The notes beneath the pieces are model-generated. The model was not told the DNA's origin and ran no database searches. It saw only the letters and a list, made by a program, of their open reading frames with translations. DNA of 32,000 nucleotides. Source: Halanaerobium saccharolyticum (GTDB taxonomy: Bacteria > Bacillota > Halanaerobiia > Halanaerobiales > Halanaerobiaceae). Numbering within the stretch: the stretch's first letter is position 1; each line of letters begins with the position of its first letter. Position numbers and translations under genes: made by a program. Where the stretch lies: the NCBI RefSeq assembly GCF_003259895.1, contig NZ_QLME01000001.1, forward strand, positions 26,152-58,151, given 5' to 3'. Shown piece after piece: positions 8,618-17,022 of the stretch.

Positions 8618-10045
8618 ATGCTTAAAGACGAAACTAATAACTCAGCCAGAAATATCAGGACTGAGGAAGACAGTATCGGCAAAAAAGAAATTTCTGCTGC
8701 AGCCTATACAGGTATCAATACTGCCCGGGCCCGGGAAAATTTTTCTATCAGCCGGGAAAGTGTTCATCCAGAGTTAATTAAGGCTATTGTAATGGTTAAA
8801 CAGGCAGCAGCATTAACCAACCAGGAACTTGGACTGCTTGAGCCAGAAAAAAGCGATGCCATTGTTAAAGCTGCAGCAGAGATCACAGCAGGTAAGTTAA
8901 GTCAGGAATTCAAACTGGAGGCACTGCAGGGAGGAGCCGGAACCTCAACCAATATGATGGTCAATGAGGTAATTGCCAACCGGGCTCTGGAGATTCTGGG
9001 CCATAAAAAAGGTTCTTATCAAATTATCCATCCCAATGATGATGTTAATCAGGGCCAGTCAACAAATGATGTCTACCCAACTGCTCTCAGAATTGCAGTT
9101 TTAAAACTGCTGCAGCCGCTTACTGAATCTGCGGCCAGTCTGCAGCAGGCACTGCAGGAAAAAGAAAAAGAATTCGCTGCCATAATTAAGCTGGGCAGAA
9201 CCCAGCTTCAGGATGCAGTTCCCATTACTCTGGGGCAGGAATTTTCTGCCTATGCAGAAGCTGTCAATAGAGACCGCTGGCGCCTGTATAAAATTACAGA
9301 CCGCCTTAAAAAAATAAATCTGGGAGGAACTGCAGTTGGAACCGGGCTCAATACTTCCCGCAGCTATATTTTTAAGATAGCCAAACATATACGGCAGATT
9401 AGTGGTTTAAGCCTCTCTCATTCTGAAAATATGATAGATATAACCCAGAACATGGATCTATTTGTTGAAGTCTCCGGCTTATTAAAAGCTACAGCTGTTA
9501 ATCTGAATAAAATTGCCAGTGATCTGAGGCTGCTGGCTTCAGGACCAGCAGGTGGAATTGGAGAAATAAAGCTGCCGGCAGTTCAGGCAGGTTCTTCTAT
9601 TATGCCGGGAAAGGTTAATCCGGTAATCTGTGAGCTGATTAATCAGCTGTCAATTGAAATAATCTGCAGTGACCAGGCAGTAACCATGGCAGCCAGAGAC
9701 GGTCAGCTGGAACTGAACGCCTTTTCCCCACTTATCGCTCATAAAATTTTAAATATGCTCGAAATGATGCGAAAGGGAATAGATAAATTTATTAATAAAT
9801 GTATTCAGGGAATTGAGGCCAATCCGGATAGATGCAAAAATTTACTGGAAAGCAGTCTGGCTGTAGTTACAAGTTTAGTTCCCTATATTGGTTATGATCA
9901 GGCCAGCAAACTGGCTGAAGAGGCTATGGAACGGGACAGGACTCTAAAGGAATTGGTTTTAGAAAAAAATCTTTTAAGTCCACAAAAGCTGGTAGAAATC
10001 TTAAAAACAGAAAAAATGACTTCACCAGGCCTAGTAAAAAATTAA
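8618..10045 (+). CDS. aspA: Aspartate ammonia-lyase (fumarate-lyase superfamily)
   Basis: Lyase signature GSSIMPGKVNPV. AspA-like N-terminus (RTEEDSIGKKEISAAAYTGINTARARENF), plus TNDVYPTA and TQLQDAVPITLGQEF. AAGGAGG lies 25 nt after the hydF stop. Confidence 0.85.
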   Translation: MLKDETNNSARNIRTEEDSIGKKEISAAAYTGINTARARENFSISRESVHPELIKAIVMVKQAAALTNQELGLLEPEKSDAIVKAAAEITAGKLSQEFKLEALQGGAGTSTNMMVNEVIANRALEILGHKKGSYQIIHPNDDVNQGQSTNDVYPTALRIAVLKLLQPLTESAASLQQALQEKEKEFAAIIKLGRTQLQDAVPITLGQEFSAYAEAVNRDRWRLYKITDRLKKINLGGTAVGTGLNTSRSYIFKIAKHIRQISGLSLSHSENMIDITQNMDLFVEVSGLLKATAVNLNKIASDLRLLASGPAGGIGEIKLPAVQAGSSIMPGKVNPVICELINQLSIEIICSDQAVTMAARDGQLELNAFSPLIAHKILNMLEMMRKGIDKFINKCIQGIEANPDRCKNLLESSLAVVTSLVPYIGYDQASKLAEEAMERDRTLKELVLEKNLLSPQKLVEILKTEKMTSPGLVKN

Positions 10046-10057
10046 CAAATAAAATAA

Positions 10058-10105
10058 CCCCACCTTAAAAGCACCTGTTAAAAAATAGTGCTTAAGGTGG
10101 GTTTT
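10058..10105. terminator. Hairpin terminator between convergent aspA and the MetE-like gene
   Basis: CCCACCTTAA..GCAC (10058-10074) pairs with GTGCTTAAGGTGGG (10088-10101), followed by TTTT. An A-rich tract upstream could let it serve the opposite strand too. Confidence 0.75.
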
Positions 10106-10130
10106 AACACTCACAGCTGTTTTCAAATTT

Positions 10131-11234
10131 TCAGCCCCAGATCTCTTCTGCAATTTCAACAATTAATTTTAACTTCTGCCACTGATCTTCCTGACTCAGC
10201 TGATTACCATGATGGGTAGAAGCAAAACCACACTGAGGACTGAGGCAGAGCTGACTAAGAGGTATATATTCTGCTGCCTGCCTGATCCTGGCTTTTACTT
10301 TTTCTTTATCCTCCAGCTGACCATCCTTGGAAGTAATTAGACCCAGCACTACCTTTGTCTTTCCTTCAGGAATGTACTTTAAGGGTTCAAAACCACCTGA
10401 ACGCTGATCATCGTATTCCAGAAAAAAACCATCTACCTTTTCCCTGGCAAATAAAGTAGGGGCAATTAAATCATAACTGCCAGAAAAAGCCCAGCTTGAC
10501 TTATAATTCCCCCGACAGAGATGAGTAGTTAGCGATAGATCAGGCGGCTTCACTTCAAGTACACCATTGACCACTTCTAATGCCAGTTCAATTAGATATT
10601 CTCGTGAGAATGGCGCGTCTTGATAAGAAATATCGGGAGAAGAAAGACTGGCAATATAAACATCATCAAACTGCAGATAGCGAACTCCAGCCTCGTAAAA
10701 AGCTTTAAGTGCATCCTGATAGGTCTCAATTATATCCTGTGCATAGTCTTTAATATCTGGATAAATTTCTGAATTCCTAATTCCAAAATGAAACAGCTGA
10801 TTGGGACTCGGGATTGTCTGTTTAGCTGCTGCCCTTCCGTCAACAATTTTATTAAATTCTTTAAAATACTTAAGAAAAGAATGATCAGAATTAAAACTAA
10901 TTTTACCAGTATTACGGACATCATAGGCTTCTGTTTCCAGGTCAGCAAACTGATAACCTTTTTCCGGTACATACCCTTCAAAACCATTCAACTCTTCCAG
11001 AAAGTCAAGGTGCCACCAATCACGTCTAAACTCACCATCTGTAACAAGTTTAAGTCCGGCTTCCAGCTGTTTATTTACCGCTTTTTCTACTTCTTCTCTT
11101 TCAATCTGATGCAGTTCAGCTGCTCCTATTTTCCCTTGCTTAAAATTACTTTTAGCTTTCAACAGCCTCTTCGGCCTCAGTAAACTTCCAACATGATCAG
11201 CCCGAAAAGGTGCCTGAATTTGATCTGCTCCCAT
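10131..11234 (-). CDS. Cobalamin-independent methionine-synthase-like protein (MetE C-terminal domain family, YxjG/YxjH type)
   Basis: Contains FRADHVGSLLRP, TDGEFRR and a C-terminal ...SPQCGFAS, typical of the MetE-like Zn/homocysteine-binding fold. I moved the start from 11321 to the ATG at 11234 because AGAGGAGGAG sits 8 nt upstream of it. The 29-aa extension in the ORF track covers the predicted promoter. Confidence 0.8.
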   Translation of the reverse strand: MGADQIQAPFRADHVGSLLRPKRLLKAKSNFKQGKIGAAELHQIEREEVEKAVNKQLEAGLKLVTDGEFRRDWWHLDFLEELNGFEGYVPEKGYQFADLETEAYDVRNTGKISFNSDHSFLKYFKEFNKIVDGRAAAKQTIPSPNQLFHFGIRNSEIYPDIKDYAQDIIETYQDALKAFYEAGVRYLQFDDVYIASLSSPDISYQDAPFSREYLIELALEVVNGVLEVKPPDLSLTTHLCRGNYKSSWAFSGSYDLIAPTLFAREKVDGFFLEYDDQRSGGFEPLKYIPEGKTKVVLGLITSKDGQLEDKEKVKARIRQAAEYIPLSQLCLSPQCGFASTHHGNQLSQEDQWQKLKLIVEIAEEIWG

Positions 11235-11262
11235 AATTAAAACTCCTCCTCTTAAAAATTTT

Positions 11263-11291
11263 ACTTTACTTAAGTATATCATTTTAAGCAG
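11263..11291 (-). promoter_or_regulatory. Sigma-A type promoter for the MetE-like gene
   Basis: On the minus strand: TTGGAA (11291-11286), a 17-nt spacer, then TATACT (11268-11263), about 30 nt upstream of the ATG at 11234. Confidence 0.55.
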
Positions 11292-11357
11292 TTTTTTCCA
11301 ATTATCAGAGCAGGACAGCATAATTTTTACTGAAAGAGCAAAATATATATCTATCTT

Positions 11358-12623
11358 TTACAGAAAGCTCTCCCCACTTTCAGGTGCCCTGACTTCAAAA
11401 TAATCCGCAATTGCTGCTGCTATATCAGCCAGACTTTCGCGGGGCGGCAGTACTTTTGCTGGTAAATCTTTTTTGTAAACTAAAAGGGGGACGTTTTCTC
11501 TGGTATGATGGCTGTGGCCTACAGTTGGATCATCACCATGATCAGCTGTAATAATAAAAAGGTCGTCTTCTCGTAAATTATCTATAATCTCCGGTATCTG
11601 CTGATCCACCATTTTTAAGACTCTGGCAAATTCTGCCGGATCCTGCTGATGACCTGCCAGATCAGTTTCCTGGACATTAACGGCAATCAGACCGGAATCA
11701 GCCTCCTCCATTTCCTGCTGCATCAGTTCCAGCACTTCTTCGGTTGCAACAGCAGGCAGTGATTTTCTGGCTTCTGGACAGTAGATTACATCCTGCACTT
11801 TACCAATCAAGCGGACATCTATCCCCTGGCCGGCCAGAATTGAAGTGATCTGTTTTTGATGATCAATTCCATAACCAAGATGGATTACCTGATAACCCTC
11901 TCCATAAACCCCGGAAGCTGTAGAATTAACACCTGTAATCTCAGAATTAGCATTCTCAATACTGTTAACAATCCTCTCAGTGCTTGTATTCTTACCGCCC
12001 AGCGCGATTACCCGACTGACTTTAACACTTGCTCTTACAATTTTTCCGATTGCAAGTATTTCTTCAAAATCTATCTCTTCTAATGAACCGCTGACATTGT
12101 AAATCTGCCCGTAATCAGCCTCAATATTATCCGCAACCACAACCCGCCGATCAACAAGCAGATAGGGATTTTCCTGGTCAGGCACACTAACTTTGTGCCC
12201 TTCATTTTCCAGAGCAGTCTTAACCTTTTGATGCACAACTTTAAAAGGCTGTATTTTAGGATGGGTCGGACTGGAACCCATAATTTCCTGATGTCCCATA
12301 AATGTATCTGCTCCATCATAACTTAAAGCAGCATAAGTATAAGCAGCTTTAAGTTTTTGTTTTTCACTTCCATTTTCCGTCAAATTTCGCTGTTCCGGAT
12401 CCATTTCCAATGTACTTTTGGGAAAACTTGGATCAAGTCTGCTTAAATTATAAGCCGCCTCCAGACCCAGCTGATTAAGGTTATTCAATTTTAAATCTTT
12501 ATTACTTTTTAAAACATTTCCCAGTGTATCTGCGGCCTGATCCTGCAGCCGCTGCTGTTCTTTGAGGTCATCCATTGCTCCAATTCCAAGTCCATCTAAA
12601 ATTAATAAAATTACTCTCTTCAA
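11358..12623 (-). CDS. yhfW: YhfW-like phosphopentomutase-family metalloenzyme (alkaline-phosphatase superfamily)
   Basis: N-terminus KRVILLILDGLGIGAMDD and C-terminal ITADHGDDPT...HTRENVPLL are DeoB/metalloenzyme motifs. 421 aa, against ~408 aa for E. coli YhfW. The start overlaps the upstream gene stop by 4 nt. Confidence 0.8.
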   Translation of the reverse strand: MKRVILLILDGLGIGAMDDLKEQQRLQDQAADTLGNVLKSNKDLKLNNLNQLGLEAAYNLSRLDPSFPKSTLEMDPEQRNLTENGSEKQKLKAAYTYAALSYDGADTFMGHQEIMGSSPTHPKIQPFKVVHQKVKTALENEGHKVSVPDQENPYLLVDRRVVVADNIEADYGQIYNVSGSLEEIDFEEILAIGKIVRASVKVSRVIALGGKNTSTERIVNSIENANSEITGVNSTASGVYGEGYQVIHLGYGIDHQKQITSILAGQGIDVRLIGKVQDVIYCPEARKSLPAVATEEVLELMQQEMEEADSGLIAVNVQETDLAGHQQDPAEFARVLKMVDQQIPEIIDNLREDDLFIITADHGDDPTVGHSHHTRENVPLLVYKKDLPAKVLPPRESLADIAAAIADYFEVRAPESGESFL

Positions 12624-13816
12624 AGCCTGCTCCCTCCTTTTTCGTCTAGCAGTTGTCCCTGACTATTATAAATTCCATGCAGTTTTAATTTACCGTTTTG
12701 TATACCGCTAATCACAGCCACTCTGGCTCTGGTAACAAAAATCTGAGTTCTAAAAGCATAGAGTACTGTGTCTCCAATCTTCAATTTTCGATCTCTATTT
12801 TCCAGCGAAGCATAATAATCAATCATCTCAGAATCTGGCTGTGAGGCTGAATAAACTCGACTATTATTTTGATAGTCATCAGCAGCTACCAGTCCATTTT
12901 TTAAGTGGGAACGGCTGTAAAAGCCGCCGCCAAAAGTATATGCCTTGTCATCTTTTAAATGAGATATTTCAGAAATATAGATCATTGCCGGTTTTTCTCC
13001 CTGATCATAATAACCGTGATAAGGGGTAGTTCCTGTCAGGGCATGTCCCGGCTCCCCGTGAGTTGCTCCAGCAGCAGCCAGCCTTGGAATCGTCTTCTGA
13101 CAGCTGACACTTGGGGTATTTAACTGTTCAATTTCCAGCCCAAATTTTTCATTTAAAATTTCCCCTGTCTTTATCACCAGCTCTAAATTGGGAGTAGTTT
13201 CAATTTTTTTAGTCTGATAGTTAAATAAAAGGCAGGGAAAAGCTGTCAGCCCTTTAATTTCAACTCCCTTAAGCTTCATCAATTCAGGGATTACCTGATC
13301 TATATTTTTTAAATCAAAACCTCCAATCTGACCTTCATAATTAAATGAATCCTGACTGTAGATTCTGAGCATTATCGGCTGCACCCTATTCTGCTCCAGG
13401 GCCAACTTCGAAATTTGTTCTGCTTTTTGAAGGCTGTAGACAGTCATAATTTCCGGCTGATAAGCTATCATTTCTGAGAGCATAGAAGTCGGAACCTGAA
13501 CTAGATGACCGACATTTCCCAGTTCAATCCCTGCCTGCGCCAGAGTTCTGGCCTCCCAGGGATCCACAGCAACCGCCTTTTTAATTCCCGCTTCCACTAC
13601 CGCCTGAGCTGCCAGTGGATTTCTCCCCAGCTGTTTGCTCATAAAGTAGAGACTCAAATTATTCTCTGCTGCCGCTTCTGCCATCATAGCCGTATTAGCC
13701 TGAATCTGGTCCAGGTCTAAAATATATGTATTTGGTTCTAAAATATTTTTTCTGTGTAAATAAAAAGCTGTCTCAATTAATTCTGGATTTCTCTGCTGCA
13801 TTTTTTTTAAAAACAT
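12620..13816 (-). CDS. yhfX: YhfX-like fold-type III PLP enzyme (alanine-racemase N-terminal domain; predicted amino-acid racemase family)
   Basis: 398 aa. The N-terminus MFLKKMQQRNPELIETA...LDLDQI...LYFMSKQLGRNP resembles E. coli YhfX as I remember it. The Lys in MSKQ is the likely PLP lysine. Confidence 0.75.
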   Translation of the reverse strand: MFLKKMQQRNPELIETAFYLHRKNILEPNTYILDLDQIQANTAMMAEAAAENNLSLYFMSKQLGRNPLAAQAVVEAGIKKAVAVDPWEARTLAQAGIELGNVGHLVQVPTSMLSEMIAYQPEIMTVYSLQKAEQISKLALEQNRVQPIMLRIYSQDSFNYEGQIGGFDLKNIDQVIPELMKLKGVEIKGLTAFPCLLFNYQTKKIETTPNLELVIKTGEILNEKFGLEIEQLNTPSVSCQKTIPRLAAAGATHGEPGHALTGTTPYHGYYDQGEKPAMIYISEISHLKDDKAYTFGGGFYSRSHLKNGLVAADDYQNNSRVYSASQPDSEMIDYYASLENRDRKLKIGDTVLYAFRTQIFVTRARVAVISGIQNGKLKLHGIYNSQGQLLDEKGGSRL

Positions 13817-13818
13817 GA

Positions 13819-14928
13819 TTATCCCTGCCCTTTTAAAGCGGATATAGTTTCTTTAATGATTCTAATAACTGTATCAGCACCGGCCCGCATCGGATTAATC
13901 CGCACCAGATATTTTTCTGCTTCCGGATTTTCCTGTCTAAAAGTTCCCGAAATCCTGTAAAACATGGCTCCAATCTCATAGCGTGATTCTGAACCAACAG
14001 GATAGGGCACCCCTCCCTGCTCATTAACTGCTGCCAGAAAATCACGGGCTATTGCCTGCTCAAATTCTATAATCACAACTTTAGACTGAGCATTGGCAAT
14101 AAATGAATTTTTAACCGCTTCAACTTCTCCCTGATTGAGGCGCTGATTAACCTCTTCTACAGTCTGAGCCTGAATTGCCAGACTGACAGGTGTATTTACC
14201 ATGGACCGGAGAGCATCCATCGCCTCTGGACCCTGCACCTGACTGCCGCCCGAATAATTAATTGCTTCAACTTTATCTAAATATTTTTTCTTACCCACAA
14301 GCAGTCCGATTCCAGGTGGTCCCTGCAGTTTAAAAAGCGAAAAAGTACTCAAATCAGCACCTCTTTCAACCCCAATTTGCTCAACTTTCATTGCTGCATA
14401 GTTGTCATCTGTGATTATTGGTGTTTCGGGATATTTGGCCTTCAATATTTTTATAACTCTGCCAAAATCATAGCTGTCATCTATTTTCTGACGGCTGTGC
14501 TGAACTAAAATAGCTGCAAAATCTTCTGCCGGCAGCAATTTCTGAGCTTCCATTTCCTTTAAGCGATTGAAATCAAATTTTTTAGTTTCTAAATCCATGC
14601 TTTTAAATGTTACTTCAGTTGTTGGATAAACTGCTGCCTCGTGAATTAAAACTTTAGACCCCACCTCAAGATTGGCATTGAAAAAAGCTCTAATTGCACC
14701 AGTGCCTGCTCCTCTAACTAAAAGAGCCTTTTCCGCCCCAAAAAAGTCTGCCAGAACCTTCTCGACTCTGGCTGTATAGCGGGGCTTTTTAAATTCGGGG
14801 TCAAGTCCATAGTCACCTGCCTGCAAAAGCTCTGCTCCCTTAAATTGGCGCTGAATTGCATCTACAAGTTTCTGCTGCAATTTTATGGCTTGTTCCAGGC
14901 TAAGTGATTTAAGAGGATAAGTCTGCAT
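13819..14928 (-). CDS. yhfS: YhfS-like fold-type I PLP-dependent enzyme (aminotransferase/SelA-like)
   Basis: The motif FSLFKLQGPPGIGLLVG resembles the PLP-lysine loop of SelA-like enzymes. I chose the start at the second ATG (14928) because GGAGG lies 8 nt upstream of it, whereas the ATG at 14943 has no RBS. The resulting N-terminus MQTYPLKSLSLEQA resembles E. coli YhfS. Confidence 0.75.
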   Translation of the reverse strand: MQTYPLKSLSLEQAIKLQQKLVDAIQRQFKGAELLQAGDYGLDPEFKKPRYTARVEKVLADFFGAEKALLVRGAGTGAIRAFFNANLEVGSKVLIHEAAVYPTTEVTFKSMDLETKKFDFNRLKEMEAQKLLPAEDFAAILVQHSRQKIDDSYDFGRVIKILKAKYPETPIITDDNYAAMKVEQIGVERGADLSTFSLFKLQGPPGIGLLVGKKKYLDKVEAINYSGGSQVQGPEAMDALRSMVNTPVSLAIQAQTVEEVNQRLNQGEVEAVKNSFIANAQSKVVIIEFEQAIARDFLAAVNEQGGVPYPVGSESRYEIGAMFYRISGTFRQENPEAEKYLVRINPMRAGADTVIRIIKETISALKGQG

Positions 14929-14960
14929 TTTTAAAACCTCCATTTATAAAATAATAGCTT

Positions 14961-15857
14961 TTATGAAAATAATTTTGCCGGATTATGAATCAGGATGCCT
15001 TCAATCTCTTCTTCGCTTACAGCTGCTGCTTTTAATTTAGGAATAAATTTTTCAAAAAGATACTGATAACTGTGGCCGTCATTTGCTTTTAAATGTGACA
15101 TCCGGGTAATATCTGTCGAAATTAAAACTTGATCTTTAAACCCTGCTTTAAGCAGGGCCTTAATCAGTCTAATTCTGAATTGATCACTCTGGTATTTTAA
15201 CTTACCAATGGTATCAATGCCGATAAATACTCCTCTGGCGGCAAGCTCCAGCACATAATCAATATCAGCTGCCAGATCAAGATGACTGAGGGCCACCCGG
15301 GATAAATCTGCACCGGCTTTTTCTAAAATTTCAAGCTGCTCCAGACCACAGCTGCCAAGTGTCAGGTGGGTAATAATCGGAACTCCTGTCTCCTTCTGGG
15401 CGAGGGCGGCAGCCTGCAGTAATTTTTTCTCAGCTGCAGTTATTTCCTGACTGGTGCCAACTTCTCCAATCACACCGGCTTTAATATCTGTCCCCTCAAT
15501 CCCTTCCTTAATTTCGCTGACCATTAATTCGACCAGTTCCTGTTTAGTCTTTTGGTAGAAAAAATCTGGCAGATAGGGTTCTTTGTAAAAGCCTGTGCTG
15601 GCAATAATATTCATTCCCAGCTGATCAGCCAGATAGCGGAGTCTTGCTGTATCTCTTCCCATCCCGATATTAGTCAGTTCGACAATCGTTTTAACTCCGG
15701 CCTTTTTTATTTCTTTAAGATCCTGCAGCAGAGCCTCACCTTCCAGCCGGGCATCGGGATCATTTTTCTGCTCTGTAAGATCTATAGTTAAATGTTCGTG
15801 ATACATTGTAATTCCCATCGCTTCTGCTTTTATTTGTTTATTCAAAGTATTGATCAA
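14961..15857 (-). CDS. php: Phosphotriesterase-homology protein (Php/YhfV; amidohydrolase superfamily, COG1735)
   Basis: Metal-binding HxH near the N-terminus (MYHEHLTIDL), TIM-barrel-length protein of 298 aa. TTG start at 15857 with AGGAG 9 nt upstream. Overlaps the upstream gene by 20 nt. Confidence 0.85.
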   Translation of the reverse strand: MINTLNKQIKAEAMGITMYHEHLTIDLTEQKNDPDARLEGEALLQDLKEIKKAGVKTIVELTNIGMGRDTARLRYLADQLGMNIIASTGFYKEPYLPDFFYQKTKQELVELMVSEIKEGIEGTDIKAGVIGEVGTSQEITAAEKKLLQAAALAQKETGVPIITHLTLGSCGLEQLEILEKAGADLSRVALSHLDLAADIDYVLELAARGVFIGIDTIGKLKYQSDQFRIRLIKALLKAGFKDQVLISTDITRMSHLKANDGHSYQYLFEKFIPKLKAAAVSEEEIEGILIHNPAKLFS

Positions 15858-16962
15858 AATTATCAGCTCCTAAAAAATCATTTTCTTTTTCAGCATAATT
15901 TTTGAGAAAATATCTTGCAAAAAGTTCCGGCCGCTTATAGCATTTTTGTAAACGCTCAGCCAATTTAATCACTTTAAATCCATTTTTTATACCTGGTCTG
16001 GCCAGTAAAACTATAGCAAGACCGAGCCTGTCAGTGGGGATAGTAACAGCAGTTGCATTGACCAGATTGGCTGCCCGCATTAGATATTTACCGCTCTTTT
16101 TCTGGGCAGCCTCAGCAATTTTAAAACTGCCGGCAACAGAATCACCATAACCATAATAATCAACAGGTCCTTCTGCAGTTATTATAATCTCATTTCCCTG
16201 CTCAAACGCCTTTTCTATAATCTGAATTGCCTGTTTTCGATCTTCACTGCCCTTAAGATTAATTCTATTTAGATTAAAATCACTCAACTCAGCTTCTATT
16301 TCTGCAGTTACAGCAGCCATATCTTCTCCCTGAGGTAATAAAACACTTTTCACCTCAGGCAGAGCAATAGTCAGATCTTTGTTTAACTCAACATCTTTAC
16401 TCAAAGCCCACTGCTCTGGGGCAAGAATCTTTTTTAAAGCCAGAGTGCAGAGTTTAAAATCGTGAGAAATAAAGCCGATTCCAGGCCTGAATTCTAAATT
16501 ATCAGTTGAAATTCTCTTGTTAGTTGCCTGAAGTCCCATACCTTTAGCCATCAGGGAAGACAGAGAAACCGAGGCTGCAGGAGCTAAAACTGAACCTCCA
16601 CCATCTGTTCCCACCGCAAGATCGTTTATTCCCCGGAGAATATTTAGACAGCCTCCACTGCTGGAACCAGTCATCACTCTCAAAGTTAAAGGATTGATTA
16701 GCTCAGGATCGACTGCTCTCCCACCTCTGGCCATCTTATCAATTGTATGTAAAAGAAAAGTCTGATCCTCAGTTAATTTATCCACTAATTTTTTTGAAAT
16801 TTGAGAGGTGTTTTTAATACCCAGCAGATAATGTTCTTGCCTGGATTCGGCCAATTCTGACAGCCTCTTTTTCAGGCCGCTGTTGTGATAAACCACTGCT
16901 TTAGAACTGCTGGCAAGAGCATTATTAAATTTTTTCTTTAAATCCAGGTTTAAATTATTCAT
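15838..16962 (-). CDS. Short amidase-signature (AS)-like protein
   Basis: The core MTGSSSGGCLNILRGINDLAVGTDGGGSVLAPAA aligns by eye to the AS motif GGSSGG...G(S/T)DxGGSIRxPAA. At 374 aa it is ~100 aa shorter than typical AS amidases. Confidence 0.65.
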   Translation of the reverse strand: MNNLNLDLKKKFNNALASSSKAVVYHNSGLKKRLSELAESRQEHYLLGIKNTSQISKKLVDKLTEDQTFLLHTIDKMARGGRAVDPELINPLTLRVMTGSSSGGCLNILRGINDLAVGTDGGGSVLAPAASVSLSSLMAKGMGLQATNKRISTDNLEFRPGIGFISHDFKLCTLALKKILAPEQWALSKDVELNKDLTIALPEVKSVLLPQGEDMAAVTAEIEAELSDFNLNRINLKGSEDRKQAIQIIEKAFEQGNEIIITAEGPVDYYGYGDSVAGSFKIAEAAQKKSGKYLMRAANLVNATAVTIPTDRLGLAIVLLARPGIKNGFKVIKLAERLQKCYKRPELFARYFLKNYAEKENDFLGADNFDQYFE

Positions 16963-16976
16963 ATTTACTCCTTAAT

Positions 16977-17010
16977 TTGAGCCCGAAAATTTTAGAATTC
17001 CCGGGCTCAA
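16977..17010 (-). promoter_or_regulatory. Intercistronic stem-loop between the yhfT-like and amidase-like genes
   Basis: TTGAGCCCG (16977-16985) and CGGGCTCAA (17002-17010) are perfect complements with a 16-nt loop. No U-tract follows on the minus strand, and the amidase RBS (AAGGAG) comes immediately after. Confidence 0.5.
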
Positions 17011-17022
17011 TTTCAATTGTAT

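Noticed and set aside
7429-9388. Antisense ORFs 7429-7644 and 9101-9388 within hydF and aspA
   Set aside because: Both are embedded opposite strongly supported genes, with no RBS and no recognisable motifs.
10730-11183. ORFs 10730-10987 (minus) and 10788-11183 (plus) overlapping the MetE-like gene
   Set aside because: These are alternative-frame and antisense shadows of a CDS with clear family motifs, and their translations are low complexity.
11235-11321. 29-aa N-terminal extension of the MetE-like ORF (ORF-track start at 11321)
   Set aside because: The extension has no RBS and covers the predicted promoter. The ATG at 11234 has AGAGGAGGAG at ideal spacing, and homology begins there.
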